Positions 58,548-64,000 of a stretch of DNA of 64,000 nt are shown in pieces. The position numbers and the translations under genes are program-made. Source of the DNA: Myxococcota bacterium (GTDB lineage: Bacteria > Myxococcota_A > SURF-8); the NCBI GenBank assembly GCA_965140415.1, contig OZ223209.1, positions 544,001 through 608,000 of the forward strand. Direction: 5' to 3'. How positions within the stretch are numbered: the stretch's first letter is position 1; every line of letters begins with the position of its first letter. The notes under the pieces were generated by a model. The model made no database searches. It worked only from the letters and a program-made list of their open reading frames with translations, and was not told the origin of the DNA.

Positions 58548-61277
58548 CTAGGGGGTTTCGAACGGAGTGCAAACCGGCGAACCGCAGACCGCACAGGTCG
58601 GGCAAGTCGGATCGGGAGGACAGGAATTACAGAAACTGTCCGCCGGGCAATCCGCATCGCTGGAACAGGGCAGCGCTTCGCATTCGCCATCGTAGTAAAT
58701 CTCCACACCCGCACAACGAGCTTCACAGGCGTTGCCGTAGGTTTGACCATCGGAGGCGCAAACCGGCTCGTAAACGTCGTCGCAGTTGCATACATCGACT
58801 ACACAAAGTCCTGCGCACTGCTGGATGCAGTGGTCCCAGCTTTCGCAACCCGGAGGCAGCAGGCATTCGCCTAATTCCAGCGAACAGATCATTCCCTCGG
58901 GGCAGACATTGGATCCGCTACTGAAGCAGTACATCCCGGAGTTGGGAATACACTCGCAGACTTCACAGCCGTTCGCCGTATTGGCGCAGTACAGATATTC
59001 CGTGCTGGTGTCGCATTCGGGAATGGCGATCGGGGGACAGGGCTCACATTCGCCTTCGTACAGAATCTCCGCGCCCGCGCATTGTGCGAAGCAGTCGTTG
59101 TCGTAGGTCTGACCGTCGGAGCCGCAAACCGGGGCATAGATTTCGTAGCAGGCGCAAGTGTCATCCGGCTGGCACAGGCCATTCACGCAGACTTCACCTG
59201 CCGCGCAATCCATGTTGGCGCTACAGGCATTCGGGTCATCGTAGCGACACGATCCGCCCTGGCAGCAGAAACCGGCGTCATCGCAGTATTCCCACAGTTC
59301 ACACCAGCCGCTGGAGCCACAATCGGAATCCACCTGGCATTCGAACCAGTCGCATTCGTTCCAGTATTCGCACTGGTTATTGATGCACTGCCAGTTGCCA
59401 CCTTCCGGGTGGGTGTCGTAGCAGTCTGCGTCGGTGCGGCATTCGACGTCGACCGGGACGCAGCAGAATCCACCCAATCCGCACAGCGGCTCGCCGAAAC
59501 CGAACACATCAACCGCTTCCCAGCCATCCGGGCAGACATCCGATTGACCGTAGAAGGGGAAGCATTCGCCGCCGATGTCGTAACACATTTCTTGAGGATC
59601 ATCATCCACACAGACTCCGCCTTCGGGCCACATGCCGGTATCCGGATCGGTGCTGCCATCCACAGGCGACTCGGTCGGATCGTCGGGATACACGATGAAT
59701 TCGCAGTGCTGACCCGCCGGGCATTCATCGTCGGAGTAGCAGGACTGTCCCTCGTCGCAGATGAACTGACAGGTGTTGTTGATGCAGTACACATTTCCTT
59801 CGCAGGGAGTGGCCATTTCGTAGATGGGGCAGTCGCTGTCGGTGTAGCATTCGATTTCCATCGGGACGCAGACGCCGCCTTCCCAGTAGGGCTCGCCGGT
59901 CTCAGGGTCCGTGGAAGTCGTTCCACCGTTCGGATCGGTCGGATCGCTCAGGAAATCACAGGTGTAACCAGCCGGGCATTCGTCGTCGGAGTAGCAGGGT
60001 TGTCCTTCGTCACAAATGAACTGGCAGGTGTAGTTGATGCAGTACATGCTTCCTTCGCAGGGAGTGGCCATTTCGTAAATGGGGCAGTCGCTGTCGGTGT
60101 AGCATTCGACTTCCATCGGGATGCAGACGCCGCCTTCCCAATAGGGCATACCGGTCGCCGGGTCCGTAGAGCTAGCATCGCCGTTCGGATCGGTCGGGTA
60201 GGCCAGATAATCGCAGATGTAACCCGCTGGGCAATCGCTGTCGTCCCAGCATTGAGGGTCGGTACAGTTGTACTCGTAGATGCACATATGGTTTTCGCAG
60301 TCAACAACGACGTCGCAGTAGGGATCCTCGGGCATACCGAGCAGGTAACAATCTTCGGGCACGTTGCATTCCCAGGGACGCGGTTCGCAAACGCCATCGG
60401 TGGGCATCGGCGGGAAATCGCCAACGCAGTAGCCGCCGCCGTAGCAGTCGAAACCATCGGCGCAGTCGACCAGTTCACACCACATACCTTCCGGGCAGTC
60501 GGCATCGCTCTGGCACTGGTAGTTTGGAGGAATCATGCCTTCGCCGTCTTCCGTCGTGCCGCTGCCGGAAGGAGCCACAGCGCCGTCGTCCATCGGATAG
60601 CTTTCCCACACGCACCAGTAGCCGTCCGGGCAGTCGCTGTCAGTTGTACAGGGCCAGTCTTCTTCGCAAGAGAACTGACACATGTCCTCGATGCAGGCCC
60701 AGTTTCCGACGCAATCGGGAGTGGGAAGGTCATAGTAGGGGCAATCGGCGGAGGTTTCGCACTGGGTGTCGCAGTCTTCGATGGTTACCCAGACTTCTCC
60801 GAATAACTGGGTTCTGAATTCATCGACCACTCGAATATGATAGGTGCGGTCGCGTTGCAGATTGTCGATCTCGGCCATCAGATCCATGTAGCACATGCAG
60901 TTGGTGGCTTCGTCGCTGGCGTTGATCTCGCGCAGTTCGAGTTCGGTGCCATCCGCTTCCAGAGCGAAAACGATTTCGGCGTTGCATTGATAGTGCGCAT
61001 CGTGATGAATCAGGGTCACGCTGTTATCGAAGTTGACGATCGCTTCGATCGGATTGTCCGCCGGAATAGCCTGATCGCTGCGGGCCAGCTTTGTGCCCGG
61101 CTGTTCTTTGCAGGCGCTTTGCACCGTGTTCCGAAGCCGGGGAGCGTCGGTATCATCGCCATCGGTAACGGTATCGCCGTCCGTATTCTCGGAAAAGTTC
61201 AGATCGCTGGCGGTACAGCTCATCAGCGCCACAGCCGCCAATGCCAGAAACATCCAAAGGCTTAGCTGTTTCATCAT
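58548..61277 (-). CDS. Cys-rich lipoprotein with two Kazal-type domains
   Basis: LMSC lipobox, TDGDTVTDGD linker; Kazal motifs CYEIYAPVCGSDGQTYDNDC and CDDVYEPVCASDGQTYGNAC; internal approx. 80-aa duplication. Confidence 0.87.
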   Translation of the reverse strand: MMKQLSLWMFLALAAVALMSCTASDLNFSENTDGDTVTDGDDTDAPRLRNTVQSACKEQPGTKLARSDQAIPADNPIEAIVNFDNSVTLIHHDAHYQCNAEIVFALEADGTELELREINASDEATNCMCYMDLMAEIDNLQRDRTYHIRVVDEFRTQLFGEVWVTIEDCDTQCETSADCPYYDLPTPDCVGNWACIEDMCQFSCEEDWPCTTDSDCPDGYWCVWESYPMDDGAVAPSGSGTTEDGEGMIPPNYQCQSDADCPEGMWCELVDCADGFDCYGGGYCVGDFPPMPTDGVCEPRPWECNVPEDCYLLGMPEDPYCDVVVDCENHMCIYEYNCTDPQCWDDSDCPAGYICDYLAYPTDPNGDASSTDPATGMPYWEGGVCIPMEVECYTDSDCPIYEMATPCEGSMYCINYTCQFICDEGQPCYSDDECPAGYTCDFLSDPTDPNGGTTSTDPETGEPYWEGGVCVPMEIECYTDSDCPIYEMATPCEGNVYCINNTCQFICDEGQSCYSDDECPAGQHCEFIVYPDDPTESPVDGSTDPDTGMWPEGGVCVDDDPQEMCYDIGGECFPFYGQSDVCPDGWEAVDVFGFGEPLCGLGGFCCVPVDVECRTDADCYDTHPEGGNWQCINNQCEYWNECDWFECQVDSDCGSSGWCELWEYCDDAGFCCQGGSCRYDDPNACSANMDCAAGEVCVNGLCQPDDTCACYEIYAPVCGSDGQTYDNDCFAQCAGAEILYEGECEPCPPIAIPECDTSTEYLYCANTANGCEVCECIPNSGMYCFSSGSNVCPEGMICSLELGECLLPPGCESWDHCIQQCAGLCVVDVCNCDDVYEPVCASDGQTYGNACEARCAGVEIYYDGECEALPCSSDADCPADSFCNSCPPDPTCPTCAVCGSPVCTPFETP

Positions 61278-61358
61278 CCCATCTCCTTTCAACAACTGAT
61301 CTCTTTTCATTAAACCCTCTTAAAACCTGATCACGTTCACGTGTGGGTTCAAAGCTGT

Positions 61359-61375
61359 TGCAGGGGTTGTGCCAA
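61359..61375 (-). promoter_or_regulatory. Putative sigma54 (-24/-12) promoter
   Basis: Minus strand TTGGCACAACCCCTGCA (GG-N10-GC) about 80 nt upstream of Kazal lipoprotein start. Confidence 0.7.
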
Positions 61376-61484
61376 TTTGCAGCAAACTCTCAGATGAAGT
61401 CGTAACTATTTGCGATTACACTATATTCCTGCGTTGATTCTCGTCTCGATTTTGCTGGACATCCGCGCTGTTGTCAAGAAGATT

Positions 61485-61546
61485 TGTCAGGCTGGACTGA
61501 CAACGGGACAGCGGCGTCGGAGAAACTGTGTCGCGAAGTCTTGACA
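61485..61546. promoter_or_regulatory. Two putative enhancer-binding-protein sites
   Basis: TGTC-N10-GACA at 61485-61502 and 61529-61546, 110-170 nt upstream of the sigma54 site. Confidence 0.55.
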
Positions 61547-61605
61547 GGTTGGGACTCAATCCAGCGAATATAGGAGATGCTATCCATTATTAGCAATGCT
61601 TTTTT

Positions 61606-61673
61606 TGTAGCGGCGAGGCGTAAGCCCGCCGAAAAACACATTTAAAATGGCGGGCTTACACCTCGCCGCTACA
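61606..61673. repeat. REPIN-like inverted REP doublet
   Basis: 25-nt arms TGTAGCGGCGAGGCGTAAGCCCGCC / GGCGGGCTTACACCTCGCCGCTACA (1 mismatch) with GTAG 5' tetranucleotide. Confidence 0.8.
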
Positions 61674-61726
61674 GGAAATCAAAAAACGAATCGCCAAAAA
61701 TGAATAAGAACCCGTCTAGCAGTCTA

Positions 61727-62515
61727 TCACCCAAGCTCCAGATGTTCCCGCACCCATTGCACCGCCTGGCGGTTGTCATCCGGCGTTTTTCCCTCTACCG
61801 TAACCGACCAGCACTGTTTTTGGCGCTGCACGAAATCGAGAAACGGGCGGTAATCGATGGAACAGCTTCCCGGCGGCAGGTGCAGATCTTCGCGGCCATG
61901 GTTGTCGTGCAGATGCATGTGGAAGAGTCGCCCGTCGAAATGCTGCAAATAGTCGCTCATGCTGAAATCAGCATCGTTTTTGAACATGTTGAAATGACCG
62001 ATGTCGAAACAGAAGCCCAATCGCGGGTGATTCAGTTCATCTATCACCTTGGCCAAAGGTTTCGGCGTGATATCGTAAATGTTCTCCAATACCAGCCGCA
62101 GGCGCTCGCCGGGTAACTCCTTCAACATGGCTTCATAAAAGCGAGCCGTCGCTTCGCTCCAATAATCGGCGCTGAAGCGATGGAAATAGGGGTTGTAGCT
62201 GGAATGCAAAACCAGCACTTCCGGGTCCAGAATCTCGGCAATTTCCAGACAGGTCAGTACACGCCGCCGGGCGATGTCGCGCAGGGCCACATCGTGGGAA
62301 GCGGGATCGAAACCGAAAATGGGACCGTGCAGAGAGAACGCCGGGATGGGGCCATCCTTCAGACGTTCGATCATGCGCCGGGTGTCGTTCTGCCGCCAGC
62401 CGTCCAGGGCTTCCCCGTGTAAACAGAATTCCAACGGCGCAGAGGCCGCCTCGTAGTATTCGATACCCGCTTCGAAGGTGCGGGTGGACAAATGCTGGTA
62501 AACCGGTTTTTCCAT
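61727..62515 (-). CDS. Sugar phosphate isomerase/epimerase (AP endonuclease 2 TIM barrel) family protein
   Basis: SLHGP, LENI, FCFDIGH, HLHDNHGREDLHLPPG motifs; start at MEKP with AGGAG RBS. Confidence 0.9.
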   Translation of the reverse strand: MEKPVYQHLSTRTFEAGIEYYEAASAPLEFCLHGEALDGWRQNDTRRMIERLKDGPIPAFSLHGPIFGFDPASHDVALRDIARRRVLTCLEIAEILDPEVLVLHSSYNPYFHRFSADYWSEATARFYEAMLKELPGERLRLVLENIYDITPKPLAKVIDELNHPRLGFCFDIGHFNMFKNDADFSMSDYLQHFDGRLFHMHLHDNHGREDLHLPPGSCSIDYRPFLDFVQRQKQCWSVTVEGKTPDDNRQAVQWVREHLELG

Positions 62516-62667
62516 TCTGATATTCTCCTGACGGCGAAACAGATCGCCAGTTCGCACTAACGGCTGCCATCATACGGTAGACATCCAATGCTGGCAAGTG
62601 GGGAGTATTCGATAAGACGTATTCTGTCCAGTGCTGCAAGTATAATGAAGGAAACTCTTTCACGTTT

Positions 62668-62683
62668 TGGCATGAGACTTGCT
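62668..62683 (+). promoter_or_regulatory. Putative sigma54 (-24/-12) promoter
   Basis: TGGCATGAGACTTGCT, near-consensus, about 70 nt upstream of ATG 62755. Confidence 0.7.
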
Positions 62684-62754
62684 GTTTTTTACGTCCTGTC
62701 AATCACGAATCAACAACGGGTAAAAACAGTAAAAGATACAAAACGGAGATAAAT

Positions 62755-64000
62755 ATGCGAAATTCATTACAAAATAAGCTCCAAGCAAGTCGTTATCGCC
62801 GCTGGCTTAACTTATTCTGCCTGGCATGCAGCCTGTGCATCTCTGCCATTTTTGTCACAGCTTGTTTTGAAGAAGAAGGAGGATTGAACGAAAACGAAGC
62901 CCATCCGGGCAATCAACCCACGGGAAACGAGATCGATACCGACGTCAGTTTAAGTGAAGACGGGCGCTACCTTGTGTTACGAGATACTGTAATCGGTGGA
63001 GAAGACGACCTTTATAGCATCGATCTGACGGCGCGCCGCATTTTCCATATGGATGCCTCCCAGGAAGTTGAACGCTTGCTCTTCGGCAATGGCGACCGGG
63101 CCTATTTGCTCGGTACAAGCTATGACTACAATGTCAGATGCGGTGGAGACGAGCAGCAGACCTTCCGTATTCGCTACAAGACCAGGGAAGAAGCCCAGGC
63201 GCGCATTCAAAGCTGGCCCTGGGACTGGGATGATGACGAGGAGGACGACTGGTGTGACGAATACGAGGACTCCTGGGTCGATGAAGTCTCCTTTATCGAG
63301 GAGGTTTCCTTGCAGACCGGGCGACTGCTGGGCACTTACAATTTGCCTTTTGCCGTCACCCTGATGACCATCGACAAGTACGCACATCGTCTCGCGGCCT
63401 GGAATGAAGAAGGCGAGAAATTGATCTGGGTGGATCTGGTTACGGATGAAGTGCATACCCTGAACACGCCCGATCCTATCGTCGATGTCAAATGGGCACC
63501 TAATAGCGGGGACTTAATGGTCGTAGGCGAGTACAGTTCCACCCGTACTTCGTTGATGTTCTTCAATCCGTGCAGTGGCAGGAAATGGACCCGAAAAGTT
63601 CCCAACTGCCCGAGTTCTTTGCAGATTTCTCCAAGCGGACGACTGGCCATGATGTCCCCCACCCATTGCAACGAAGATCCGGTTTCGGTCATCGATTTAG
63701 GCTCGCGGGAATTCTTGATGAACCTGCCCGGTTTCGGCCCGGTGGCCTTTGCAAAGGATGGCCGTTTTGCCCTGGCTTTTGCGCGGCGCAACGATCTGTA
63801 TAACCTGACCGGCATTCAAACGAGCACCGAGTACAGCCTGCTGTTTATCGAAGCTCCCAATTTCAATTATGAAGTCGTCGAATTCGGTGACAACCTGCCG
63901 ATTTATTCGGTTACTCCAAACGGCGAACTCGTGCTGCTCTATTCCGAGACCACCTATTCCTACGACTATCAGAACGTCGTGATTTTCGATACCAACACCC
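62755..64000 (+). CDS. Partial CDS (runs off right edge): beta-propeller lipoprotein
   Basis: Not in ORF track; GGAG RBS, MRNSLQNK...FVTAC lipobox, SLSEDGRYL, ISPSGRLA, AFAKDGRFA, VTPNGELV propeller blades; no stop to the edge. Confidence 0.85.
   Translation, partial: MRNSLQNKLQASRYRRWLNLFCLACSLCISAIFVTACFEEEGGLNENEAHPGNQPTGNEIDTDVSLSEDGRYLVLRDTVIGGEDDLYSIDLTARRIFHMDASQEVERLLFGNGDRAYLLGTSYDYNVRCGGDEQQTFRIRYKTREEAQARIQSWPWDWDDDEEDDWCDEYEDSWVDEVSFIEEVSLQTGRLLGTYNLPFAVTLMTIDKYAHRLAAWNEEGEKLIWVDLVTDEVHTLNTPDPIVDVKWAPNSGDLMVVGEYSSTRTSLMFFNPCSGRKWTRKVPNCPSSLQISPSGRLAMMSPTHCNEDPVSVIDLGSREFLMNLPGFGPVAFAKDGRFALAFARRNDLYNLTGIQTSTEYSLLFIEAPNFNYEVVEFGDNLPIYSVTPNGELVLLYSETTYSYDYQNVVIFDTNT

Noticed and set aside
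1-64000. tRNA, rRNA or tmRNA genes
   Set aside because: No cloverleaf/T-loop or rRNA signature recognised in intergenic regions by eye

Overview
Bacterial chromosomal window. The many Cys-rich acidic lipoproteins, a PP2C phosphatase and sigma54 promoters suggest a Myxococcota/deltaproteobacterium-like host (inference only). Positions 1-10.2 kb hold an apparently intact minus-strand phage-type structural operon: terS-like, terL, portal, scaffold, major capsid, cement/decoration and fibre-like genes, head-tail connector, tail tube, running off the left edge. It starts directly after an intrinsic terminator and host REP-like repeats and is separated from housekeeping proC only by a cleanly inserted IS4-family element. 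No integrase, repressor or replication genes lie upstream, so it is a gene-transfer-agent (GTA)-like or domesticated phage candidate. The rest mixes housekeeping genes (proC, acyP, panB, feoB, kdsA/kdsB, recN, nadK, HIT, SPFH/NfeD) with at least nine otherwise unrelated lipoproteins that carry the tripeptide Asp-Gly-Asp (DGD) next to the lipobox or in independently expanded tandem arrays. Also present: an Lrp-panB-unknown-aminotransferase operon, an orphan B12/radical SAM enzyme, a DtxR-FeoA/FeoB iron operon with a perfect operator palindrome, an IS200-type element, several REP/REPIN-like palindromes and two sigma54 promoters. No rRNA, tRNA or CRISPR array was recognised. Family assignments come from motif recognition by eye, not database searches.
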